From Massalongia carnosa (lineage: Eukaryota): a stretch of 64,000 nt of DNA. The DNA lies in NCBI GenBank assembly GCA_965645245.1, contig OZ287083.1:1426001-1490000 (forward strand), read 5' to 3'. Below the pieces are notes generated by a model. That model was not told the DNA's origin. It made no database searches and saw only the letters and a program-made list of their open reading frames with translations. Position 1 is the first letter of the stretch, and the number at the start of each line of letters is the position of its first letter. Below are positions 25,193 through 36,355 of the stretch, piece by piece. The position numbers and the translations under genes were made by a program.

Positions 25193-26077
25193 TTGGGCGC
25201 TTTATGAAGGAGGCGGTACATATATTTTTTTAAAAGGAACTTATGGCTTTAGGGGTAAGTAGTGTAAAATCTCCAGCTTGTTTTTCGCGGTTTGGTTTTG
25301 GGGGGCCTTTGGGGTGGGGGGGGGAGGGAAGGATCTCATCCTCTACGGTGGTTTATTAAGCTCTTGAGACCTCCATTCGCACATCTTTCCCCCCTTTCCT
25401 TCTGAAGTAACGAACTTAGTATATAGCATAAGTAGCCTTCTACATCGATTCTCACAAGCCAGCAACCGAAAACTAAACGAAATAAGTGAGAGCCCCCACC
25501 CATCAAATCTATCCATCTCTCTCTCTCCTCTACTGTTAACTAATACATACATACTTAGCGCTGCGTTGTTTCTCCTTCTTTTCTTGTCGTTTCTTTTCTC
25601 CTGTGAAATCCGGCTATCGAACTTCCATCCGCCCCATCGTTCCGCCTCCCCAACTATCTATCTAGCTAGCCAGCTAGCCAATGTATACACGAACTCGAGA
25701 CGCAAAGAGGTAGTAGGTACCTGGATACTACCTAGGTACCTGTAACTGGGGGTGTTAGATAGATAGGTAGATGGGAGGCCAGAACCTGGAACCCGTAGAT
25801 TAAATATTAAAGAACAGGAAACGCCGGGTGCGAAATGCCAAAAAAAAAAAGATCGTAAACGAACTCCGCCAGCTCCGTCCCGCCCCGCCCAATGCCGGTT
25901 ATGCTATGCTATGCTATGCTATGCTCTGCCCCTCGAACTCATGTCTACGGCCGACTTCGCCGCTACCTGATGCTGGTCCTCGTGTTGCGTTATCGCAACT
26001 TAGCTTTTCCTTCCCCCGCTCCAGCCTCCCCATGCGCCGGTCGGCTCATCCCATATATGTCGACCCCCCGCTTCCCC

Positions 26078-26789
26078 TCACCCGGCCGCCTCCTTCACCT
26101 TCCCCGTCTCCGGCGGCTCGTCCACAAAACTCGGCACCTCATCCAGCATGAACCCGGGCGTTTCCCCCACTCCCAAGCCCATCCCCACGCCAGCTTCGAA
26201 CTCGGCCTCCTCTCCCAACGCCTCCAACTCGGCGTCCAACTCGGCCTCATCGACACCCTCCGGAACGTCATAGCTGCGCCCCAAACTCTCCTGGATGTCG
26301 TTGCCCATCTCGATCAGATCCTGCATCTCGTCCTGCATGCGCTCGATCTTGTCCACGTCGATTTTCCCGTACTGCCGGCGCAGCGTCTTGTTAGCGCTCT
26401 TCATGGCGTCAACGGTGGTGAGCACGTTGGCGAGATTGTCCGTCATCATCGACGCCTGCTCCATGTTCCACGACTGCTGCTGCAGCTGGTCGCGCTGCGC
26501 CTCGTGCATCTTCCGGCGCTGCAGGAGCTTGAGCGCTTTTTGCCGCAACGCCGTTTTCCCGGGTCCGTCGCGCATTTTCGCCATTCGGGTTTGGTAGGTG
26601 GTGAGTTCGGCGTTTATCTTGGCGAGTTTGACGTCGAGGCTGTCGACGTGGGATTCGGTCTGGACATGGGGGGGGGGGGGCAGCGTTAGCTAAGGGTTGG
26701 AAAGGGAAGGGAAGGGAACTTACCTTGGAGATGGCGCTGTTGAGGGTGGGTTTCGGCGTGGTGTTTTTAGCTCCGAACAAGCGGTTCAT
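26078..26789 (-). CDS. VPS60: ESCRT-III-associated Snf7-family protein Vps60/CHMP5
   Basis: MNRLFGAK start, intron 26660-26723, ALKLLQRRKMHEAQRDQLQQQSWNMEQA, IQESLGRSYDVPE.VDEAELDAELEAL. Confidence 0.93.
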
Positions 26790-26995
26790 GATGGGTGGGA
26801 GAAGAGGGAGCTTGCGCTCTATTGCTTGGTTTCGTGAAGCTTAGGATTGAGTGCGGTGGAGACTAACGACTCTGCCTGGTTTACAGCCGGTCACGGTGCA
26901 CTTTGTACGCAGTAGCGAGTATAGAAGTGAGAATTGGATGGCTGGCTAACGGCAGATTTACAGTGTAATGGAGGGAAGGGAAAAGCTTGACTAGG

Positions 26996-27727
26996 TACGG
27001 AGTACTTCGTGCATCTCTATGTACACATAACTAGGCGAAAACGCCGGGGTATGGGGGGTTTGGGGGTGGAGCGTACACGAGAAGGGGCACGGGGGAACCT
27101 CTGTGCATACTTCTTACTATACTCTGTATCTAGGGGGGCCACAGGGGTATAAACCACTTATCTTTCTCGCCTGTTCCCTTAGACGGATCACCCTTTTTTC
27201 ATTCCAGCGGAATCCCCAACACACTCACCCGTTCCGAACGCTTCATGATGCGTGAATAGCGTTTTCATATGTACGCATGTTTGCTGACGAGTGCACATCT
27301 GTTGAAGCGCTAGGAAGAAGCATACAGAGTACGGAGCAGACCGTATCGAGTAGTTTGGTAACGTCCAAGCCATGAAATGAATAGTTAGGGGGAGATCGAC
27401 GGCCGGTGGGCAGCCTGGCAGGGATATGAGCCGGAGCTACACATCACGCCTTATGGAAAATAACCAACTGTTACTCTGTACTCCGTACATGTAGAGTACA
27501 TGCTCTGCACAGAGCAAGTAGCTGTAGTTGATCCAGTGTACCGAGTGCTCCGTACCTCAAAGTGAAGACTTTTTCGCTGCTTTACACTCATCTGAATCCG
27601 ATTGGACTGGACATGTGTCCGACCTGACGAGTTTCGTGAACATAAGCAAGCGTTTTAAATAGCAGACTTCAAAACGTACCGAGTACCGAGTACCGAGTAC
27701 CTCCATTGACAGCGTGCTCTGTACCTC
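26996..27727. promoter_or_regulatory. Cluster of TACNGAGTA/TACTCNGTA motifs in the VPS60-SAPS divergent intergenic region
   Basis: Copies at about 26996, 27120, 27323, 27330, 27472, 27479 and 27546, plus tandem TACCGAG x3 at 27677-27700. The regulatory role is inferred only. Confidence 0.45.
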
Positions 27728-28233
27728 CGCTGAGGTCCCTTGTACCTACTCACAGGTCGCCCCACGCGACTAAACAAAGTCTCTACGCTGGGCAACCTTA
27801 AACGGTGCCATTGGAACATCTGCTACCGACTTGTTCCTGCAAATTTGTAACGCACCGTCGAATCGAAATCATCGCCCTGCCATCTCTTCACCTTCAATTC
27901 ATGTCATCGAAAGAGCTCATATCCCCAGCGTTATAACAGTTCAGACCAAAAGCATCGTCCACCAAAGGAACCGTGTCAGCCAGGAGCTTGCTTGCAGCGT
28001 TGTCATTTCGGATAAACTTGACGTGTTTCTAGAGATTTGACAACTTTTAGCTGGCGATTCCACCGTCGATTGACTTTGATGCATTTGCGCAAAGACTGAG
28101 GAGCAGTGCCCGAAGCTGACGTTCTTCTCGTGTACCAAATCCGCTCGCATGAACGCATCTGGCAGTTTCGATCTCCACATCCGAAAAGGCGGGACTGCCG
28201 TCATACCCTCACATTTTCGTAACATAGTCCACG

Positions 28234-31200
28234 ATGTTTTGGCGTTTCGGCGGATATGCGAATATATCAACCCTTGATACGATTCTCGATAAACCCGATG
28301 TAACGCTCGAGGAGCTTCTGGACGAATCGGACCTGATTCAGGAGCTGAAACAATGTAATACAAAGTTAATAGAATACCTACGGGACGAGAAGGTGCTGCG
28401 AAGATTGCTAGAATACGTGATCGCTCCGCCGGCTCCCAAGCCCGAGGACGATGCAGATGAGGAAAGCGAAGAACCCACGCTTCCCGAGAAAGCCTTGAGC
28501 CCTTTAAGGAGGAGTAAGGATCGGAAGGAGAAGTCAAGGCGGCGAGAGGAGCGGGAGCAATGGGACAAAGCCGAAAAGGCGCGGCAAAAAAACGCTTACA
28601 TCGCCAGCGAGGTTCTGTCGTCGGAGACATGGTCGATCCTGGAGGCTTTGATGGAAAATCAGCAACATCTACGGAGATTCTGGGATTTCTTGAGGCGGGA
28701 ACCGCCGTTGGATCCGACAGAGGCGGGCTACTTTACGAAAATCAATGAGACGTTACTGGATAAGAAGACGGAAGAGACGCTGCATTTTGTCAAGTCGTTG
28801 GAGGGAATCATACCAGCAATGCTACAGCATGTGGATTGCCCCATGGTGATGGATTTGCTGTTGAAGATTATTAGTATGGAGAAGACCGAAGGGGGAGCCG
28901 GCATCGTTGACGTATGGCGCCCTTTCCGTTTGTGAGCAAATTTCTTCCTTTTCGTTGCTAACCTAGGGGTAGTGGCTGCAAAGCCAAAATCTTGTACCGC
29001 TTCTGCTTGCATACTTCGACCAGCAGCACCCACCGTCCACCCAAACTTCGGCAGGGGACTTCATCAAAGCTATCATCACAATCTCGGCGAATGCCTCGCA
29101 GAACGAACAATCTTGCATCGGGCCTAACAATCTTACACGACAGTTGGTTTCCGAGCCTTGTATCGAGAAATTGATCTCGGACATGCTTCGGGGCGGAAAC
29201 CCGCTGCCGGTAGGGGTGGGTACTATCATTGAGGTCATAAGGAAGAACAACTCGGATTACGACCCAGACGTTGGGGCTGGGGCAGAGTCAGTCCCTTCGA
29301 GCAATGATCCCATCTACTTGGGAACTCTTTTGAGATATTTTGCGAAGCATGTCCCGGACTTTATGGAGCTAATCCTAAGCCCGACACATACGGTTTTGGA
29401 TGGTGACAGCACGATGACGGTCAAACGCAAAGACCTTGCCGTTGCTTTTGGCACCAAAATTGAGCCCCTGGGCTTCGATCGATTCAAGACATGCGAGTTG
29501 ATGGCGGAGCTTCTTCATTGCAGCAACATGGGCCTTCTGAATGAGCGCGGCAGTGAAGCATTGGTTCGACAAAGGGACGAAGAAAGAGAGCGCCTCAAGG
29601 CCGAAGGATCATTGACAGCTTCAAGACCTCCAACGTCCGCGGTCACGGACTTTTCCGAAGACAGCGTTGGCTTTGCGAATGGTGTTTCTCCTCTTGGGCT
29701 TGGCTCAAGGTCTGCGGATGTAATCCGAAAGCTTGAAGTTGCAAATAGCGCAGATGATGATGGATTTGAAGACGTGGGGACTCCTGCGGATTTGGCGGAC
29801 GATGTCAAAGACGATTTTGACGAGAAGCCGGCTTTTGAACTCGAATCTCTGCCTGCAGAAGTCCCTGAATTGCGGAAACTATCGAAACCTCGCCTAGACC
29901 TTGACGAAGATTTTGTGGATGAACCTCTGACGTCCCCTTGCGTTGAAGCGCTGGACGAAAGGGAAGAGGAGCTGTTGGAAGATCTGGGCGCCTCCAACAA
30001 CCTTGACCAGGAGCCTCCATCACCGACTTTTGGTTTACGATCTCAAGTCGAAGGTTTAGCGCTCGTCCACGGCGCCGCCCTGACGAGCGCGACCTCCTCA
30101 TCACAGCACGCAGCAGTTTCAGACCCAAGGACAGATAAGCTTAACCCCCTTGCTCTAGCCCCTGCCTCCGATGCGCCTCCTCTACCCCATCGAGAGCGTT
30201 CCTCGGAACCCAACGCTACACCTGCATTTGGCAACGTTCGAGACCTTTCACCCCATCCGGACGACAAACCTCAACCCCTTTTTGCCAGTCGCCCCAATCA
30301 GAATCAAGACCATCCCTCACCTCAACTTGATGAACAGGGCATTGGCGGTGGAAATAGTCAAGACACGATTGATTCCACCCTCGGCGAAGAGGGTGATAGC
30401 GTCCGATCCGTGCTCATGAGCGGTACCGATCAAAATTATACCCCACATATTGAGAGCGATGTTGACGGCCAGCCAATGGTTGGAGATTTCTTGAAAATGA
30501 TGTTTGTAGAACATAAGGTTGTACCTACAATATTGGTGAGTAAACTCCGTAAAACCGTGAGGTCATATTTGGGGCTTATTTGGCAATCATCCAGGACTTT
30601 TTCTTTCGATTCCCCTGGAACAATTTCCTTCACAATGTAGTATATGATGTTGTACAGCAGGTGTTTAACGGCCCAATGGATAGAGGTTATAACAGATCTC
30701 TTGCCATCGATTTATTCCAGACCGGCAGGATCACCGAACGAATAGTTGAAGGTCAACAACGAAGTGACGAAGCGCAGCAACAAAACAACATGCGACTTGG
30801 ATATATGGGCCATCTCACGCTGATTGCGGAGGAAGTAGTCAAGTTCAGCGATCGACATCCACCGGAACTGTTGTCACAGGTTGTGTTGGACAAGGTTACG
30901 AGTAAAAAATGGAGCGATTACGTCGAGAACACTCTATCGGAAACGCGAGAACGAGACAATGCTATCCTGGGCGGCGTCAGACCTGACATGACAGTGGGCC
31001 CACGACAAGCCGTTCTGAATGCTGTCAATGCCGCCCATGGTTTCAACAACACGGGATCCTCTGCTCTCGCAAACGCAGGTCTCAGTGGCAATCCCGGACT
31101 TGATTCGATGGATCTAGCAAGCAACGGCAGTGGTACATCTGGCGGCGTCTTCGGGCTAAACAGCGGCTCCTTGCTCAGCGGCTTCGGTAGCTCAAGCGAT

Positions 31201-32533
31201 GAAGAAGATGAGGAGATGGAAGAGATTGAGGACCACGATGGTGGTGCAGATCAAGTGGGTGATATTTCTTTTTGGGACGTTGAAATGAACGATCGATGAT
31301 GATACCCGTTCGCGAACACAATTGGCTTGTTGCACACATTTTTTGGTTTGAAGAATGATGCATTGGGATTTTTGGAAGTCTTTCCGTTCCCCATTTGTTC
31401 GCAACCACACGGTGAGGAAGGGACAAGAGGGCCGAGGGGACGCGGGGGGGAGGGGCACGCCTAAAGTGGGGACTTGCAGTCTGCATACAGTCCGGGTGAA
31501 TAGCGGGGACCAGGCATATTGGGGGACCGGGGGGGCGCTTGACGTGCTTGATGGGCCCTAAACCTTTCAGGCATATCAGGCAAATATAGCTTCAGCCCTC
31601 TTGATCTTCTTTTGCGTGAAACGTCTCCGCTACATCTGTACCTGCGAGCCTCCTTCAAGGGCCCTGGTTTTGGCCATGTGCAAGGCCTCTATCCTAGCAG
31701 TTTCTCCCCTCTATGTCTCACATCATGTATTTATGCGCTCTCTTTTTCCTGCTATGCTTTCTTGATATTTTTTTCATCTCTTTCACCCTCGTCCCAATCC
31801 CAACTCTTGCCGCACTGTTACTTCCCCCCCCCCCCCCCCTCCAAAAAAACAACGCTAACCCACTCCTCTCAAAACGCAGACCCCCTCCTACCACCACCAG
31901 ATCCCCTCCCTCCTCTTCTCACCCACGCCCACCCCCCCCCTTTCAACCACAACCTCAACAACCATGACCACTCATCCCCCAACCGTCATCTCCTCCTCGT
32001 CCTCGTCCTCCTCCACCGCCCCCCCGCCTCAAAACCCCCCTCCCGCGCCCCCTCCCCTCAACGTCCCTCCCAGCCGCGCCCGCCGGCAACTTGCCGTCCG
32101 ACTCGCACGCCACACTCAGGCGCTCCAGGCCCAAGTTGGCGGCTTCAACGCCCCCTCTTCCTCCTTCGCGCTGGCCGAGGGAAAGGCGAAGGAGGGCAGG
32201 GAGGAAGGTGGCGGCGAGAGCGGCGAAGGCAAGCAGATGGAAGGGCAAAGGACCGGGGAGGAGGAGGGATATAGCGACAGGAGTAGTGGTAGTGGTGGAA
32301 TAGTAACGGGGGGCCTATCAACCACGACGGTCTCTAGGAGCGACTATAGCGCTGGCGGCGGATTGGAGGGGTTCGCGCGCAGTCCGTTGGCGGGCGAGGG
32401 GGAGGAAGGGGGCGGCGGCGGTGAGGGGAACAGTAGTGGCGATGGTGATGGTGGGAGCGGTGGCGGAAGTGGAGACAACAGTAGCGGGGAGGAGGAGGAG
32501 GAGGGCGTGGAGATGAGGGTGTTGTTGAGGTGA
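28234..32533 (+). CDS. SIT4/PP6 phosphatase-associated protein (SAPS family, Sap185/Sap190/Ekc1-like)
   Basis: MFWRFGGYANISTLDTILDK, EPLGFDRFKTCELMAELLHCSNM, FFFRFPWNNFLHNVVYDVVQQ, RLGYMGHLTLIAEEVVKF. Introns 28912-28972 and 30536-30594. The CDS ends either at 31299 (unspliced) or at 32533 via a phase-0 intron 31255-31879. Confidence 0.9.
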
Positions 32534-32929
32534 CCGATCGATTCCGCCTGGGTGGGGGGACCGGCGAGGAGGGTGAGGAGAGACTAGGGGGGCGGGAGGG
32601 AGGGGACGTGGAATGGCGGGGACGTGGAGGGGGGGAGGGTGTAGGATAGATACCTAGATAGAAGAAAAGGGGGAGGAGAGGGTTTTTTGGGGGAGGATTA
32701 CAGTGGCTTGGTGGGTGAGTCTGCTGGATTTAGCTAGGGCTGAGGGGCGAGGGACGAAGTGGTTGTGTATGTGTGGCAAGCTTTTTCCATAGCGCTCTTT
32801 TCTTGGCTGTCTATATGGCTGTCTCTCTGCTTCTTCTTCTTCTTTCTAGGACAGGGCAGGGCAGGGGAAGTAGCCAAGTGATCGATCGATCGATATACCT
32901 TTCCGTTTCCTTGAGCTGTATACCTACCT

Positions 32930-33598
32930 ACCTACCTACAGCAATAGTACGTGACGGCTGCGTTTGCGTTGGTTTTATGACCATGGTTATGGGGGCGGAT
33001 GTCTGTGTTTTGTTCTGGTAATGGGATGTTGCGTGGATGGAACGAGGTGGGTGGGTGGGTAGGTAGGTAGGTAGGTTAGTAGGTTAAGGAGGGAGGGAGG
33101 GAGGGAGGGAGGGAGGTATGGATATGTAAGTGGGTGGGTGGGTAGGGAAGGTGGATGATCGAAAGAGAGTGTGAACGAGTGGGTTTATCCAGGTGGGCTG
33201 AAAACAGGGTGCGAGGCAGCGGCAGCGAGAGGGATAGACAAGGGAGAAGATAAAATATCGGGTTGGATAGCCCGAGCGGGGATGAGAAGAGGGAGGAAGA
33301 GGAGGAGGAAGAAAAAGGAAAGTATAGGCTTTTTGGTATTTTTTTCTTTTCCACAATCATCATCATGATTTTGGATTCCGGGTTCAGCATGAACAGAGAC
33401 TTGTTTTCTTATTCACTCGTTTCGAGGATTACGAGTAGACACATGGATCGAGGAAGTGGGGGGGGGGGGGGGTTTTCTATCTTTCCTTCTTTCCTTTTCA
33501 CTGCTGTCGGGACATGGCCATTATATATAGAGAAGGGGGTCATAGTAGGTCTGGGCGGCGGCGAGGCGGCAGCGAAGGGGGGGGGGATTTCGCCCTCC

Positions 33599-33630
<32 letters not shown>

Positions 33631-33812
33631 ACGCGAATTAGCTATCTATATAAGTGGCTGGAGGAGAGAAGCATGACGTTCTGGAGAAAAGTGTTAAATT
33701 TTTAAAATTTTATAATTTCATGCGGGAGGATCTAAGCGGCGGCGTGGTAACATGGTGGTAACGTGAAGAACAGCGTGTATGTAGGTAGGTAGGTAGGTAG
33801 GTAGGTAGGTGG
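32930..33812. repeat. Simple-repeat-rich convergent intergenic region: (TAGG)n, (GGGA)n, (GA)n and poly-G tracts
   Basis: For example ggtaggtagg at 33058-33075 and 33781-33810, gagagaga at about 33599-33629, G run at about 33458-33472. Confidence 0.85.
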
Positions 33813-34203
33813 TTGTATATGGCGAAGCGGGTGGTAGTAATGTAAGATCCGTTCCGGGTGATCACGGCGTGCGGTTAGTCGTGAAGATTGTTTAGGCAGG
33901 TACTTTGCGGTGGAGGCGACTGGCTACATTGACAGTATTTCGTGGGTACGGCCAAGTCGTGCATGGGAGAAGGGAGGCTTGGATTCGGACGGGAGAGTCA
34001 TGAAAAAGGGGGTGGGGGGGATGGATTCGGAATGTTGAGGTGATGTTACGAGTACGTGCGCTGCTCAGCCTCATGTTATCAAGTAAGTGAGGCTGTATAG
34101 GAGTGATGTTTGATATCTTGCTGGAACCAGGATCTGGTTAATAGACAAGATAGAACCCAAGCGTACAAAGCACGGATAGCAGAAGCCATCGTCATGTCCT
34201 CCG

Positions 34204-35817
34204 TCATACTTCAGGGGCCGTGGCTTCACTCTCCTGATGAATAAGTAGCTGAATGGCTTTTTCATCGCCTTTCCTTTTTGCGCAAACCAACGCCGATTCT
34301 CCGCAAAAGCGTTTCGCGTGAATATCTGCACCATGATCAAGTAGAAGTCGCATGATGTTGTGGTAGCCCTTCGATGTAGCCTGGTACAAAGCCGTGTTTC
34401 CTGCGGGAGGGGTTGCTTCGACATCTGCACCATGTTCCAGCAGCAGTTCCACTACCGCCTGTTCTCCTTTCGACGCTGCGTGGTATAACGCACTTGGACC
34501 GCCAGGGGGTGTCTTCTCGATATCGGCGTTCCGTCCCAGCAGCATTCGCATGAGTTGTAGGTCTCCCTTTCCAGATGCCTTGTAGAGCGCCGTACAACCT
34601 CCGGGAGGAGTGGCGTTCACGTCAACTCCATGATCCAAGAGCATTTGAACGATTTTTATACCACCCTTGAATGCTACGTGGTAAAGGATAGGCTCGTTTC
34701 CCAGAGATGTCGGATTAGGATTTGCGCCATGATCCAAGAGCTGCTGTACCAGCACAACGTCTCCTTTCGAAGCAGCAATGTAAAGCAAGGCTTTTCCTCC
34801 GGGCGGCGTTGCATTGACATTGCTTCCATGGCTTAGTAGCAACTCGACAATCGCAACATGTCCTTTTGACGCTGCACGATACAATGCAGGCTCACCACCA
34901 GAGGGCTTTGCATTGGGGTTGGCTCCATGATCAAGTAGCAATCGCACCATCTCAGTATCTGCTTTCGAGACCGCCGTATAAAGTGCTGTCGCTCCTGCTG
35001 TCGGCGTGGCTTCAAGGTTTGGTCGCTTTGCAATTAACATTTGCGCAATTTCATAATCACCCTGTTCGACTGCCCTGGTGAGAGCGGGAGTAGCACATAG
35101 AGGCTTAGCGTTTACATCTGCTCCAACCTCAAGAAGCACCCGTACCCACACTCGATCTCTGTTCGTGACTGCTTCGTACAGTGTCATGCCCTGTGAGTTC
35201 TTTGCCTTTGCATCGTCATGCCTTTCGAGCTGCTTGTCCTCTTTTCGATCAGGGAGAATCTGAGTAAGCTCCCATTGCGATTCGTTCTCATTCCCATTTT
35301 TAGTTGCTCTGGCCGGGCTCACAAAGTTTAAGGTTATTCTTAAACCTCGAGGAAGAAAGAATCCATGATTCCACTCCTCGCAGACAGCACGATATCTTGC
35401 TAGTAATCCTGTCTTCCGTTCTCCCACTCCTGTTCTGTCCCCTCGATACTGCCCGCCTGTAGTCTCCAAGATCCCCTCGTTGCCTGGATGAATGATCAGA
35501 TGACCCAGAAACGTTGCCCAGTCTTGGTGATCTACGTCTCGTCCAAGTAAGCTGCTTTCTGGCTCTGGAAACACGATATTCTCTACCGTTATATCTGGCG
35601 CTAAAGCCAGGCGGTACGCGAGAATAGGAGTCCGCCGTGCGAGGGATGGCGGACGCATAGCGAAATACGCAGCGCCCGACACATACAAGGCATTTCCAGC
35701 TTCATCATGCTTGTCGTTTAAAGTGAGAGTTCCGCCATGTGGTGCCGTAGATGTTGGCCGTGACAGGCGGGGGTTTGGGTCCTGGAGAGAATAAGGCGGA
35801 GGCAGTAGCTCGTCCAT
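34204..35817 (-). CDS. Ankyrin-repeat protein (~10 repeats) with an N-terminal PPPY motif and a fungal N-terminal domain
   Basis: Intronless 537-aa ORF with tandem 33-aa units (ALY.A.SKG...V.LLL.HGA.(P/V)NA.P.GG). Confidence 0.92.
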   Translation of the reverse strand: MDELLPPPYSLQDPNPRLSRPTSTAPHGGTLTLNDKHDEAGNALYVSGAAYFAMRPPSLARRTPILAYRLALAPDITVENIVFPEPESSLLGRDVDHQDWATFLGHLIIHPGNEGILETTGGQYRGDRTGVGERKTGLLARYRAVCEEWNHGFFLPRGLRITLNFVSPARATKNGNENESQWELTQILPDRKEDKQLERHDDAKAKNSQGMTLYEAVTNRDRVWVRVLLEVGADVNAKPLCATPALTRAVEQGDYEIAQMLIAKRPNLEATPTAGATALYTAVSKADTEMVRLLLDHGANPNAKPSGGEPALYRAASKGHVAIVELLLSHGSNVNATPPGGKALLYIAASKGDVVLVQQLLDHGANPNPTSLGNEPILYHVAFKGGIKIVQMLLDHGVDVNATPPGGCTALYKASGKGDLQLMRMLLGRNADIEKTPPGGPSALYHAASKGEQAVVELLLEHGADVEATPPAGNTALYQATSKGYHNIMRLLLDHGADIHAKRFCGESALVCAKRKGDEKAIQLLIHQESEATAPEV

Positions 35818-36355
35818 GACCGGGAGGGACTTAAGGGAGACGGTGGACTGCGTTACTGTATGAAAGACTTCTTATATTTATGACATTGTGAGAGGTCTGA
35901 CCATTGGGTCAGCGCCAACAGGAATCGAACCTATCATGATAATAAATGAATTCATCTTATGGGTGGCTTAAGCCACGCGCGTCCTTATTCAGCTAGCCAA
36001 GCATTCCCTCAAGCCATGTCCTTCTTATCCTTTCTTTCCTTCTTCCTTTCTGCTGATGATGGTCCTATTCTCGAGGTCGAACGTCCAGAGTGAAGAGACT
36101 GCGATCATATCATACAACAAGATTTGTCACAGGTCCGATTCGATGGAGATCGCCCTGGCACGTGACGTGAAGCGGGAGAATGAAGCGGCAGGAGATGAGC
36201 CTTGCGCCGAGTGCAAAATTGACTGTTCCGCAATGCAGGATTCACGACTCGTAATGACTTAAGCTATCGACTTCCATTCGACTCATAGTGTATGCTAAAA
36301 TTTGTACAGCTGGTTTGTACGTTATTTGGCACCCTCGGTGTTGAGACTCGCCACG

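Noticed and set aside
27677..27700. Short direct repeats as a CRISPR-like array
   Set aside because: 7-bp tandem units without spacers in a eukaryotic genome, and no cas genes.
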